A stretch of 27,272 nt of DNA. Source: an uncultured Eubacteriales bacterium (GTDB taxonomy: Bacteria > Bacillota > Clostridia > TANB77 > RGIG9151). This document shows positions 15,585-24,466 of this stretch, piece by piece. The stretch's first letter is position 1. Each line of letters starts with the position of its first letter. The stretch covers positions 1 to 27,272 of the forward strand of contig CAZXFU010000010.1 in the NCBI GenBank assembly GCA_964640345.1, written 5' to 3'. The position numbers were made by a program, and so were the translations under genes. The notes under the pieces are model-generated. The model was not told the DNA's origin, made no database searches, and saw nothing but the letters and a program-made list of their open reading frames with translations.

Positions 15585-15842
15585 GAAAAAGAGGCTGTCC
15601 CCCCTAAATAGCAAATATCTTATATATTTAAAAGATGCGAATATTCACAGGAAAGCATCCTACAGTGTAGGATAAAAGCTTTCCGTTGCGGACGTAACAC
15701 TGCGTGTTTCACGCAGATGTACGTCCCATGCAAAGGTTCTCTAACTACGCAAGTAATTAGCTAGAACCTACTGCCGTGAATCCTGAGCAGCGTTAAATAT
15801 ATAAGATATTTGCTATTTAGGGGGGACAGCCTCTTTTTCTTA
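15582..15842. repeat. Perfect 50-bp inverted repeat enclosing a 161-nt structured, non-coding core (candidate MITE or structured RNA embedded in a bidirectional terminator)
   Basis: Positions 15582..15631 pair base-for-base with 15842..15793; I checked all 50 positions and the next pair mismatches. The arms include the stop codons of both convergent genes. The core 15632..15792 folds by eye into a closing helix plus three hairpins. See findings. Confidence 0.9.
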
Positions 15843-18044
15843 CATTTTCTTAAATATAACAGTTGCAAGCGGCGGGACAGTCATTACTATTGAATTTAGT
15901 CTTGAATGCCATGCAGTATCATCTGCATATAATCCATCGCCGTTAGTCACATTACTGCCACCGTACTTTTCAGAATCACTATTAAATATTTCTTTATAAA
16001 AACCTCTTCCGGGAACGCCTATTCTGTATCCTTCGTATTTTACCGGTGTAAAATTACTTACTATAATATATTCGTTTCCATGACTGTCTCTTCTTAAGAA
16101 TGAAACAACACTTCTTTCAGCATCATGGCAATCTATCCATTCGAATCCTCTCTCTTCGCAATCAAGCTCCCATAAAGCAGGAGTTTCTTTATATAATTTA
16201 TTTAAATCTTTAACATACGTTTGCATTTTCTTGTGCATATCATATTCAAGTAAATGCCAATCTAATCCTTGATGATAGTTCCATTCGATAAATTGTCCGA
16301 ATTCATCTCCCATAAACATAAGCTTTTTACCGGGATGACCATACATAAATCCATAGGCAGTTCTAAGATTTGCAAACTTTTGCCAATAATCTCCCGGCAT
16401 TTTACTTAACATAGAGCATTTTCCATGTACAACTTCATCATGTGACAAAACTAAAATAAAATTTTCTGAATATGCATACCACATTGAAAAAGTAATCAAC
16501 GTATGATGATATTTCCTGTAAATAGGGTCCATACTCATATATCTTAAGAAGTCATTCATCCAGCCCATATTCCACTTAAAGCTGTATCCAAGGCCGCCAA
16601 TATACGTAGGCTTCGTAACTAACGCCCATGAAGTAGACTCCTCAGCCGCCATTATAACATTTGGGAAATGAGCATAAACTTCTTTATTTAATTCACGCAT
16701 AAAGTCAATTGCCTCGACATTTTCACGCCCGCCCCATTTATTAGGAATCCATTCGCCCTCTTTTTTACCATAATCAAGATATAACATAGAAGCAACTGCA
16801 TCTATCCTAAGCCCATCAATATGATATTTTTCAAACCAAAACAATGCATTTGCAATCAGGAAGTTCTTTACTTCGTTTCTTCCAAAATTGAATATAAGCG
16901 TTCCCCAGTCAGGATGCTCTCCCTGTCTAGGATCGGCATGTTCATATACTGCTGAGCCGTCAAACTTTGCAAGACCGTGTGCATCTTTTGGGAAGTGTGC
17001 CGGAACCCAATCAACCAAAACACCAATTCCCGCTTCATGACATTTTTCTATAAAATACATCAAATCTTCAGGAGTTCCATATCTACTCGTTGCAGCATAA
17101 TATCCGCAAACCTGATATCCCCATGATCCATCAAAAGGATGCTCTGCTATAGGAAGTAATTCAACATGAGTATAGTTCATATCCTGAACATACGGGATTA
17201 ACCTATCCGCAAGTTCTCTGTAGTTAAAATATGAATCTTCGTCATTATGAATAGGCTTCATCCAAGAGCCAAGATGAACTTCATATATTGACATAGGTTT
17301 TTTCGTATTGTCTCCATGTGATCTTTTCTCTATCCATTCGCTATCGTTCCAATTAAACTTATCTAAATTATAAATAATAGACGCCGTCTTTGGTTTAAGT
17401 TCCGCATAATAACCATAAGGATCTGCCTTTAAGAAAACATCGTTATTTTGAGCCTTTATTTCATATTTATAATATTCGCCTTCCCCAAGCTCCGGAATAA
17501 ATATCTCCCATACTCCGGAAGTACCTCTCATACGCATCTGGTATCTTCTTCCGTCCCAACCGTTAAAATTACCAACTACGCTTACTCTTTTTGCACTAGG
17601 TGCCCAAACCGCAAAAAGCACACCTGTAATCCCGTCCATTTCAATAATATGAGCACCGAGTTTATCGAATATTCTCATGTTTTTACCTTCATTAAACAAA
17701 TACAAATCATAATCTGTTATAACAGGCCAAAAAGAATAAGGATCATAGAACGTATACGAAACGCCGTAATTATCTAAAGTCATTAATTTATATTTAAATA
17801 AATCTTTTCTGTCTTTTAAGATTATTTCAAAAAAACCGGAATCATCTATCAAATCCATTTCGTATCTTTCATTCTTTTCTAAATCTATTAAATAGCATGT
17901 TTTTGCATAAGGCAAATACGCTCTTACCGTAACGCACTTCTTTTTTTCGCTTGTTATTACATGCATTCCCAAAACAGAGAACGGATCTTTATGCTCACCG
18001 TTTATAACCTTGTAAATCTCTTCGATTTTTCCATTAGTTCTCAT
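15840..18044 (-). CDS. glgB: 1,4-alpha-glucan branching enzyme
   Basis: GH13 branching-enzyme signatures are present (GIGVLVDWVPAHF, IDGLRIDAVASMLY, AEESTSW, LSHDEVVHGK). Start ATG 18044 (MRTNGK) lies 5 nt after GGAGGAG. Confidence 0.95.
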   Translation of the reverse strand: MRTNGKIEEIYKVINGEHKDPFSVLGMHVITSEKKKCVTVRAYLPYAKTCYLIDLEKNERYEMDLIDDSGFFEIILKDRKDLFKYKLMTLDNYGVSYTFYDPYSFWPVITDYDLYLFNEGKNMRIFDKLGAHIIEMDGITGVLFAVWAPSAKRVSVVGNFNGWDGRRYQMRMRGTSGVWEIFIPELGEGEYYKYEIKAQNNDVFLKADPYGYYAELKPKTASIIYNLDKFNWNDSEWIEKRSHGDNTKKPMSIYEVHLGSWMKPIHNDEDSYFNYRELADRLIPYVQDMNYTHVELLPIAEHPFDGSWGYQVCGYYAATSRYGTPEDLMYFIEKCHEAGIGVLVDWVPAHFPKDAHGLAKFDGSAVYEHADPRQGEHPDWGTLIFNFGRNEVKNFLIANALFWFEKYHIDGLRIDAVASMLYLDYGKKEGEWIPNKWGGRENVEAIDFMRELNKEVYAHFPNVIMAAEESTSWALVTKPTYIGGLGYSFKWNMGWMNDFLRYMSMDPIYRKYHHTLITFSMWYAYSENFILVLSHDEVVHGKCSMLSKMPGDYWQKFANLRTAYGFMYGHPGKKLMFMGDEFGQFIEWNYHQGLDWHLLEYDMHKKMQTYVKDLNKLYKETPALWELDCEERGFEWIDCHDAERSVVSFLRRDSHGNEYIIVSNFTPVKYEGYRIGVPGRGFYKEIFNSDSEKYGGSNVTNGDGLYADDTAWHSRLNSIVMTVPPLATVIFKKM

Positions 18045-18095
18045 TAGTTCTCCTCCTAGTTTCTCTTTTGTTATTCCCAAATTTCCAATGTTTAA

Positions 18096-18124
18096 ATTGT
18101 ATAATTTTGAAAAATGTTTGTCAA
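18096..18124 (-). promoter_or_regulatory. Sigma-A-type promoter of glgB
   Basis: The minus strand shows TTGACA (18124..18119), a 17-nt spacer and TACAAT (18101..18096). Confidence 0.6.
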
Positions 18125-18243
18125 CTAAGTGCTTTTTTATTTTTAACAGTCTTGTATTTCACATACAGTATGCATTTAGTCAACATTCAAATTGTATAGT
18201 AAAGTAATATTTTTTCTTTGTGCTCATTGTAATAACAGAAAAG

Positions 18244-18272
18244 TTGACATGTTTTTTTTAGAAATGTATAAT
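18244..18272 (+). promoter_or_regulatory. Consensus sigma-A promoter of the acyl-CoA synthetase gene
   Basis: TTGACA (18244..18249), a 17-nt spacer and TATAAT (18267..18272), about 50 nt upstream of the ATG. Confidence 0.7.
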
Positions 18273-18325
18273 TATTTCGAAGACTAAGTCTTTTAGTTTT
18301 TGAGACAATATAGCAGGAGGACATC

Positions 18326-20041
18326 ATGGAGAATAATAAAATCACTAAATTCAACAATGTAAAAGAAATCCTTTATAATTCAGCAAACAAATATGCTAAA
18401 GATATTGCCTTTACAACGAAAGTTAAAGTGCCGGGGCATATCAGTTTTATAAATCATACATATGAAGATTTGCTAAATGATATAAATGCTTTCGGTACCT
18501 CTTTATACAAGCTGGGATTAAAAGGAAAGAGAGTTGCCATAATCGGGCATAATTGTTACGAATGGGCGGTAAGCCACTTGGCTAACTTGCTCGGAGATAT
18601 GGTATCTGTTCCGCTAGATAAAGGGTTGCAACTTGAAGAATTGGAAAATTCTTTAATAAGAAGTGAGGTTGAAGCCGTCGTCTTCGATTCAAAAACAGTT
18701 GAATACATAAAAAAAATAAAAGAGAATAAAACAACTAACATAAAGCATTTTATTTGCATTGATGAAACAGATGATTTTTTGTATTTTAAAGATTTACTTT
18801 CAGACGGAAAAACCGAAATCGAAAAAGGAAATAAAAATTTTATAAATTGTAAAATTGATAGTTATAAAATGAGCATTTTGCTGTTTACTTCCGGCACAAC
18901 ATCTCAATCTAAAGCAGTAATGTTAAATCAGCACGGTCTCGCCACAAACATATACGATATGCAGCTGGTTGAGGTCTTTTATAATACTGATATTAATATT
19001 GCATTTTTACCATATCATCATATTTTCGGTTCGACTTGTATGCTAATGATGTTAGCTTCGGGTGTGAAAACTGTTTTCCCGGACGGTTTAAAATATATAA
19101 AACAAAATTTAATCGAGTACAAGGTTTCAGTATTTGTAGGTGTGCCTATTTTAATTGACAAAATTTACTCTGCATATGTAAAAGAAATAGAAAAGCAGGG
19201 AAAAACAAAGATGGTTAATTTTGCAATATGGCTTAGCAATTTATTATTAAAATTCCATATTGATCTTCGCAAATCACTTTTCAAAGAGCTTATAAGGTCT
19301 CTTGGGGGAAGTATAAGGTTTGTAATATCCGGCGGTGCACCTCTTGATGTACGTACCGCAAAGTGGTTTAACGCAATCGGTATTCATCTTGTTCAAGGAT
19401 ATGGTCTTACTGAAACATCTCCTGTAATTGCCGCTGAAAATAGTTTTGTTATAAAACCAGGCTCTGTCGGTCTTCCTATGGAACATGTTAATATAAAAAT
19501 AGATAACCCGGATTCCAACGGAATAGGCGAGATACTTGTAAAGGGTCCCAATGTAATGATGGGATACTATAATGATGAGAAACGCACAAACGAAGTGTTA
19601 AAAAACGGCTGGTTTCATACCGGAGATTTAGGTTATTTAGATAAGGACGGGTTTTTGTTTATTACAGGAAGAAGTAAAGATCTTATTGTTCTAAAAAACG
19701 GTAAAAAAATATTCCCTGATGAAATAGAGACCGTTGTAAATAGAATTGAAGAAATTGACGAATCATTTGTTTTTGGTTTGCCAGAAGGTAATGATAAAAA
19801 CGATGTAAAAGTTGCTATTAAGGTTGTTTATAATGAAAAAGTCGTTAAAGAGTTATACCCTGATGCGAATGAAGACGAAGTTAGGGATATTATTTGGGAT
19901 AAGATTAAAGAAGTTAATAAAACTTTTCCTATGTATAAGCATATAAAACATATGATTTTAACAAAAGAACCTTTAATTAAGACTACTACTAATAAGGTTA
20001 AACGCAATGAAGAATTGAAAAAAATTCTTGAACAAAATTAG
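18326..20041 (+). CDS. AMP-forming acyl-CoA synthetase (long-chain-fatty-acid--CoA ligase-like)
   Basis: Adenylate-forming enzyme motifs are present: FTSGTTSQSKAVML, GYGLTETSP, GWFHTGDLGYLDKDGFLFITGRSKD. AGGAGG SD is present. Confidence 0.88.
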   Translation: MENNKITKFNNVKEILYNSANKYAKDIAFTTKVKVPGHISFINHTYEDLLNDINAFGTSLYKLGLKGKRVAIIGHNCYEWAVSHLANLLGDMVSVPLDKGLQLEELENSLIRSEVEAVVFDSKTVEYIKKIKENKTTNIKHFICIDETDDFLYFKDLLSDGKTEIEKGNKNFINCKIDSYKMSILLFTSGTTSQSKAVMLNQHGLATNIYDMQLVEVFYNTDINIAFLPYHHIFGSTCMLMMLASGVKTVFPDGLKYIKQNLIEYKVSVFVGVPILIDKIYSAYVKEIEKQGKTKMVNFAIWLSNLLLKFHIDLRKSLFKELIRSLGGSIRFVISGGAPLDVRTAKWFNAIGIHLVQGYGLTETSPVIAAENSFVIKPGSVGLPMEHVNIKIDNPDSNGIGEILVKGPNVMMGYYNDEKRTNEVLKNGWFHTGDLGYLDKDGFLFITGRSKDLIVLKNGKKIFPDEIETVVNRIEEIDESFVFGLPEGNDKNDVKVAIKVVYNEKVVKELYPDANEDEVRDIIWDKIKEVNKTFPMYKHIKHMILTKEPLIKTTTNKVKRNEELKKILEQN

Positions 20042-20113
20042 TACTGGCTATTATCTCTTATTTGAAGCCCTAAAATTTGTGGCTCTCATTATAATATATA
20101 CAGATTTTCCCAC

Positions 20114-20142
20114 TTGTAAAGAATTATTTTATGATGTATAAT
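20114..20142 (+). promoter_or_regulatory. Sigma-A-type promoter of smpB-ssrA
   Basis: TTGTAA (20114..20119), a 17-nt spacer and TATAAT (20137..20142). Confidence 0.6.
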
Positions 20143-20174
20143 GTTAAAGAATTATTTTGAAAGGGGGAACCGTG

Positions 20175-20642
20175 GTGGCAACTTATCCTATTAAGCAGAT
20201 TGCATCTAATAGAAAAGCTAATCATGATTATTTTATTCAAGATAAGTTTGAAGCCGGGATTTTACTTACCGGTACTGAAATAAAGTCTATTCGTATGGGT
20301 AATGTTAATTTGAAAGATAGTTATGCTTCTATTGACCATGGCGAACTTTTTATAAATAATATGCATATAAGTCCTTACGAAAAAGGAAATATATTTAATT
20401 CTGAGCCTACGAGAAAGAGAAAGCTCTTAATTAATCGTAAAGAAATAAATAAACTTGTCGGTCTTATAAAAAAAGATGGTATTACTCTTGTTCCGCTTGA
20501 TTTATATTTAAAAGGAAAATGGGCAAAACTTACTATTGGTATAGGAAAAGGCAAGAAACTTTACGATAAGCGTCAGGATATTGCTAAGAAAAGTGCCGAA
20601 AAAGAAATGGCTATGAGATTTAAAGAGAAAAATCAAAGCTAA
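20175..20642 (+). CDS. smpB: SsrA-binding protein SmpB
   Basis: Contains NRKANHDYFI...GTEIKSIR and a basic C-terminal tail. Start is probably GTG 20175 (or 20172), downstream of AAGGGGGA. The track's TTG 20157 precedes the SD. Confidence 0.92.
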   Translation: MATYPIKQIASNRKANHDYFIQDKFEAGILLTGTEIKSIRMGNVNLKDSYASIDHGELFINNMHISPYEKGNIFNSEPTRKRKLLINRKEINKLVGLIKKDGITLVPLDLYLKGKWAKLTIGIGKGKKLYDKRQDIAKKSAEKEMAMRFKEKNQS

Positions 20643-20645
20643 TAT

Positions 20646-20997
20646 GGGGGCGTAAAGGTATCGACATTTGTTTCAAATCATAAATAGCGAGTAGTGGACT
20701 CTCGTTGGCCACTTAAAAAAACGAGAATTTAAATTAAACGCTAATAATAATGAATTAGCTTTAGCTGCCTAAGTGCGGCTACGTCGACCTAAGAGTGTCA
20801 CCGGCTTAGTGCTCGGCGTCGACAGGTGACCACGAATCCGGCAAAGCTTTGCGTCGGGGGGTACTTTATGAAGCTACTAAAGTCGCAAACCTGTTTGTAG
20901 GCGTGCGATAGAGGGAATGTAAAACTACAAACTGCACTCGGAGAAGTTTATGTGGCGAGACTTATGGACAGGAGTTCGATTCTCCTCGCCTCCACCA
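20646..20997 (+). ncRNA. ssrA: tmRNA (SsrA), 352 nt
   Basis: The 5' GGGGGCG pairs with the 3' CGCCTCC-ACCA and includes the G3:U wobble. A T-arm GGAGTTCGATTCTCC is present. The tag ORF at 20740..20772 reads GCT AAT AAT AAT GAA TTA GCT TTA GCT GCC TAA = ANNNELALAA. The gene starts 4 nt after smpB. Confidence 0.95.
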
Positions 20998-21014
20998 AAA
21001 TTCAGATTAAAAAA

Positions 21015-21061
21015 ATCGACTATAGAAATGTGCTTTTTTACAACTCATTTTTATAGCCGAT
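21015..21061. terminator. Bidirectional intrinsic terminator shared by ssrA (+) and pnp (-)
   Basis: A 16-bp stem pairs ATCGACTATAGAAATG (21015..21030) with CATTTTTATAGCCGAT (21046..21061). On either strand it has one mismatch and one wobble. It is flanked by A6 on the left and T6 on the right, giving a U-tract in both orientations. Confidence 0.8.
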
Positions 21062-21077
21062 TTTTTTAACTTAAATT

Positions 21078-23195
21078 TTAATATTTCTTTTCTTCTAACT
21101 TTTCTTCCTTAGGCAATAAATCTTTTCTTGACAAATTGATCTTACCTTGGTCTGTTATTTCAATAACTTTAACCATTATTTCGTCGCCTTCTTTTACGAC
21201 GTCTTCAACTTTCTCAACTCTTCTGTGTTCTAACTTTGAAATATGAACTAACCCTTCTTTTCCGGGTAGAATTTCCACAAAAGCTCCAAACGGCATAATT
21301 TTCGTAACCTTTCCGCTGTATATCTCGCCAACTTCCGGTTCTTTTACTATTCCCATAATAATTTTATAAGCTTTATCTGCTGCTTCGGAATTTACCGCAT
21401 AAATACATACTTTTCCATCATCTTCGATGTCAATTTCAACGCCTGTTTGCTCTATAATCTTATTTATTACTTTTCCGCCTGTACCGATAACATCCCTTAT
21501 CTTTTCAGGGTCAATATTAAACACAGTAGTTTTAGGAGCATACTTAGATATTTCAGCTCTTGGCTTGTCTATTGCTTTTAACAATACTTCGTCTAATATA
21601 TACGTTCTAGCCTTCTTAAGTCTTTCAAATGTTTCACGAATTATATCTATAGTTAATCCGTCAATCTTAATATCAACCTGAATTGCTGTAATACCGTTTT
21701 TAGTACCGGCAACCTTAAAGTCCATATCGCCAAAGAAATCTTCAATTCCTTGAATATCTGTAATCAAAAGATATTTGCTTCTGTCATTATCATCTGTTAT
21801 AAGTCCGCATGAAATACCTGCTACAGGTTCTTTTATAGGAACTCCAGCAGCCATCAATGCTAATGTGCTTCCACATACACTTCCTTGAGAAGTTGAACCG
21901 TTTGAAGATAAAACCTCAGACACAACTCTTATTGTATAAGGGAATTCGTCTTGAGAAGGTATTACCGGAACCAATGCACGCTCAGCCAAAGCTCCGTGAC
22001 CAATTTCTCTTCTTCCGGGACTACGTGGTGCTCTTGCCTCTCCTACGCTGTAAGGCGGGAAGTTATATTGATGAATATATCTTTTCGATTCCTCATTATC
22101 TATTCCGTCAAGTATTTGCTCTTCTTTTCCTTGACCAAGAGTTACAACGGATAATACCTGAGTCTGACCTCTCGAAAATAACGCAGAGCCGTGAACTCTA
22201 GGCAGCAAATCAATTTCTGCACTAAGAGGTCTTATCTGTTCAAGTCCTCTTCCGTCCGGTCTTACTTTTTCTTCTAAGATCATCTTTCTTACTGTCTTCT
22301 TTTGAAGATAATATAAGGCGTCACTTATAGCAAGATTGCTATCCGGATATTTCTCGGCAAAATGTTCAAATAACTCGTCTTTTATAGCGTCCATTCCGGA
22401 TTCTCTTTCTTGCTTTGCAGTAGTAATAATCGTCTCTCTTAATCTATTACCTAAATACTCTTCAATATCATGCATTATTTCTTTATTTACTTCAAACTTC
22501 TGGTATTCAAATTTAGGCTTTCCGATTTCTTTTTGAATTCCTTCGATAAACTCTACAATTTTCTTAATCTCAACATGAGCCTTAGCAATCGCTTCAACCA
22601 TTATATCTTCAGGAATCTGATCAGCTCCTGCTTCTATCATACAGATTTTTTCCTTTGTTCCCGCAACTGTTAAAGCAAGTCTGCTTTTCTCTCTTTGAGC
22701 CTCTGTAGGGTTTATAACAATTTCGTTATCCACATATCCTACTGCAACAGAACCCGTAGGTCCGTTAAATGGGATATCGGATATTGAAATTGCAATTGAA
22801 GCGCCAATCATCGCAGCAATTTCAGGCGAATTATCCTGGTCAACAGAAAGAACGGTAGCAACTACCGCAACATCATTTCTTAAATCTTTAGGAAATAACG
22901 GGCGAATCGGTCTATCTATTACACGAGATACCAATATTGCCTTATCTGACGGTTTTCCTTCTCTTTTTTGGAAGCTTCCCGGTATTTTTCCTACTGAATA
23001 TAATTTCTCCTCATAATCCACACTAAGAGGGAAAAAGTCAATACCCTCTCTAGGTTTTTTAGACGCTGTAACGTTTACCATTACAACAGTGTCTCCATAA
23101 CGCACAAGTGCATGTCCGTTGGTAAGTTGTGCCATTTTGCCGGTTTCTACTACTAGTTTTCTTCCGGCAAGCATTGTTTCAAAAGTTCTAAACAT
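21078..23195 (-). CDS. pnp: Polyribonucleotide nucleotidyltransferase (PNPase)
   Basis: 705-aa protein with two RNase PH domains, a KH domain ([15 protein letters not shown]) and an S1 domain ([33 protein letters not shown]). GAGGAGGAG SD is present. Confidence 0.96.
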   Translation of the reverse strand: MFRTFETMLAGRKLVVETGKMAQLTNGHALVRYGDTVVMVNVTASKKPREGIDFFPLSVDYEEKLYSVGKIPGSFQKREGKPSDKAILVSRVIDRPIRPLFPKDLRNDVAVVATVLSVDQDNSPEIAAMIGASIAISISDIPFNGPTGSVAVGYVDNEIVINPTEAQREKSRLALTVAGTKEKICMIEAGADQIPEDIMVEAIAKAHVEIKKIVEFIEGIQKEIGKPKFEYQKFEVNKEIMHDIEEYLGNRLRETIITTAKQERESGMDAIKDELFEHFAEKYPDSNLAISDALYYLQKKTVRKMILEEKVRPDGRGLEQIRPLSAEIDLLPRVHGSALFSRGQTQVLSVVTLGQGKEEQILDGIDNEESKRYIHQYNFPPYSVGEARAPRSPGRREIGHGALAERALVPVIPSQDEFPYTIRVVSEVLSSNGSTSQGSVCGSTLALMAAGVPIKEPVAGISCGLITDDNDRSKYLLITDIQGIEDFFGDMDFKVAGTKNGITAIQVDIKIDGLTIDIIRETFERLKKARTYILDEVLLKAIDKPRAEISKYAPKTTVFNIDPEKIRDVIGTGGKVINKIIEQTGVEIDIEDDGKVCIYAVNSEAADKAYKIIMGIVKEPEVGEIYSGKVTKIMPFGAFVEILPGKEGLVHISKLEHRRVEKVEDVVKEGDEIMVKVIEITDQGKINLSRKDLLPKEEKLEEKKY

Positions 23196-23348
23196 ATTAC
23201 TCCTCCTCTTTTACTTCATATGCTAGTAGTAGTTATGGTTCACAATTTGACATACAATTCAAACTGTCAACTATCAACTACCAACTACACATTATGAAGC
23301 CATTTTAATTATTTACAAAAAAGAAAAAACAAGTTTTTTCTCTTAATA

Positions 23349-23393
23349 CTGAAAAAGTGAAAAGCCCAGAATTATTTTTCTAAACTTTTCACT
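23349..23393 (-). terminator. Hairpin/partial terminator between rpsO and pnp
   Basis: On the minus strand AGTGAAAAG...CTTTTCACT forms a 9-bp stem (23393..23385 with 23364..23356), with an inner AGAA/TTCT extension. It is followed by TTTTTC. The position immediately after the rpsO stop matches the classic rpsO-pnp arrangement. Confidence 0.6.
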
Positions 23394-23400
23394 ATTTTAC

Positions 23401-23655
23401 CTACTTTCTAATTCCTAATTTAGCAATAAGTTCACGATATTTTTCGATATCATTATCTGCCAAGTAATTAAGTAACCCTCTTCTTTGACCAACCATCTTA
23501 AATAACCCACGTCTTGAGTGGTTGTCTTTTTGATGTGTTTTTAAATGATCTGTTAAATGATTGATTCTTGCTGTTAAAAGAGCTATTTGAACTTCAGGAG
23601 AACCCGTATCAGTTTCATGTGTTCTGTATTCAGCAATTATACTTTGTTTATCCAT
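23401..23655 (-). CDS. rpsO: 30S ribosomal protein S15
   Basis: 84-aa protein containing [45 protein letters not shown] is present. Confidence 0.96.
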   Translation of the reverse strand: MDKQSIIAEYRTHETDTGSPEVQIALLTARINHLTDHLKTHQKDNHSRRGLFKMVGQRRGLLNYLADNDIEKYRELIAKLGIRK

Positions 23656-23756
23656 TACTACACCTCCTAATATTTATTGTTAAACGCCTTATTCCAAGAA
23701 AAAAGTTGGAGAAACTGTTTTTCCTAGTAATAGGTTGTTAACTAACATGCTTTATT

Positions 23757-23785
23757 AGTATATACCAAAAAAATGTAAAAATCAA
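23757..23785 (-). promoter_or_regulatory. Sigma-A-type promoter of rpsO
   Basis: The minus strand shows TTGATT (23785..23780), a 17-nt spacer and TATACT (23762..23757). It would leave a leader of about 100 nt. Confidence 0.5.
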
Positions 23786-23820
23786 TATTTTTAAAGAATT
23801 TGCTGCCTTTTTTGCGAAAA

Positions 23821-24324
23821 TTACTTATTCGTATAATTTGCCACTAAATTTACAGCGTTACCAGGCATAGTAAAAGTTATCGTACTGCTTTTCTGTTGCT
23901 CTTCTGTTAAAGTTATTCCTGTAGCTGTCCAGCCCGAGAAAGTCTTTGTATCACTATCAGTTATTGCCACAACAGTAACACTTTCACCCTCACTCTTCTT
24001 TTCGCTCCTTGTAAAAAATAAAGATTCAATAGCTAAAGAATACTTACTAGTACTATCTCCGGTATCGTAACTGGCTCTTAACTCAACGTCTTCCGCCGGC
24101 ATGATAAAAGTTATAGATCTTAAAGACAAATCTTCTAAAACCAAATTCCCGTTTATGATCTCCCAACCTTTAAACTTCTTTCCGTTTTTTTCAACGGCAT
24201 TTACAGTAATTTCCCTTCCCGAATTCACTCCTGTCCTTGAAAAATCATTAACAGTTAGCGTATATCCAAGCGACACGTTAATCATCAAGCAAAAGCATAA
24301 TAATCCCATAATAACTTTTTTCAT
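23821..24324 (-). CDS. Small secreted protein with two Listeria-Bacteroides (InlB B-repeat/Flg_new-type) repeats
   Basis: A signal peptide is present (MKKVIMGLLCFCLMINVSLG). Two internal repeats share the pattern F-x-GW...ITF-MP...V-L-A-Y: KFKGWEI...SITFIMPAEDVELRASY and TFSGWTA...TITFTMPGNAVNLVANY. Confidence 0.65.
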   Translation of the reverse strand: MKKVIMGLLCFCLMINVSLGYTLTVNDFSRTGVNSGREITVNAVEKNGKKFKGWEIINGNLVLEDLSLRSITFIMPAEDVELRASYDTGDSTSKYSLAIESLFFTRSEKKSEGESVTVVAITDSDTKTFSGWTATGITLTEEQQKSSTITFTMPGNAVNLVANYTNK

Positions 24325-24466
24325 CTTTCCACCTCGTCATTAAGTCTTTTCGAAAAACTCTTATACTCTTACTATTTCGGCAAAAAAATTTTTTTATTTA
24401 CATATTTTTACCGTAATCATTGATTTTGCTAAATCTGTTCAAAAACAAAGAAATTAATGAACTGCC

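Noticed and set aside
15632-15792. Known self-cleaving ribozyme or housekeeping RNA identity for the inverted-repeat core.
   Set aside because: I looked for the hammerhead CUGAUGA...GAAA core and found only CUGAGCA. SRP, RNase P, 6S-type and tRNA T-loop signatures did not fit by eye either. This is not decisive without a covariance-model search.
18094-18198. A 10-nt direct repeat AAATTGTATA (18094..18103 and 18189..18198), with nearby GTCAAC copies, in the glgB/acyl-CoA-synthetase divergent region.
   Set aside because: It is short and AT-rich, with only two copies. One copy simply overlaps the glgB -10. There is no dyad symmetry or resemblance to cre or another operator that I could defend.
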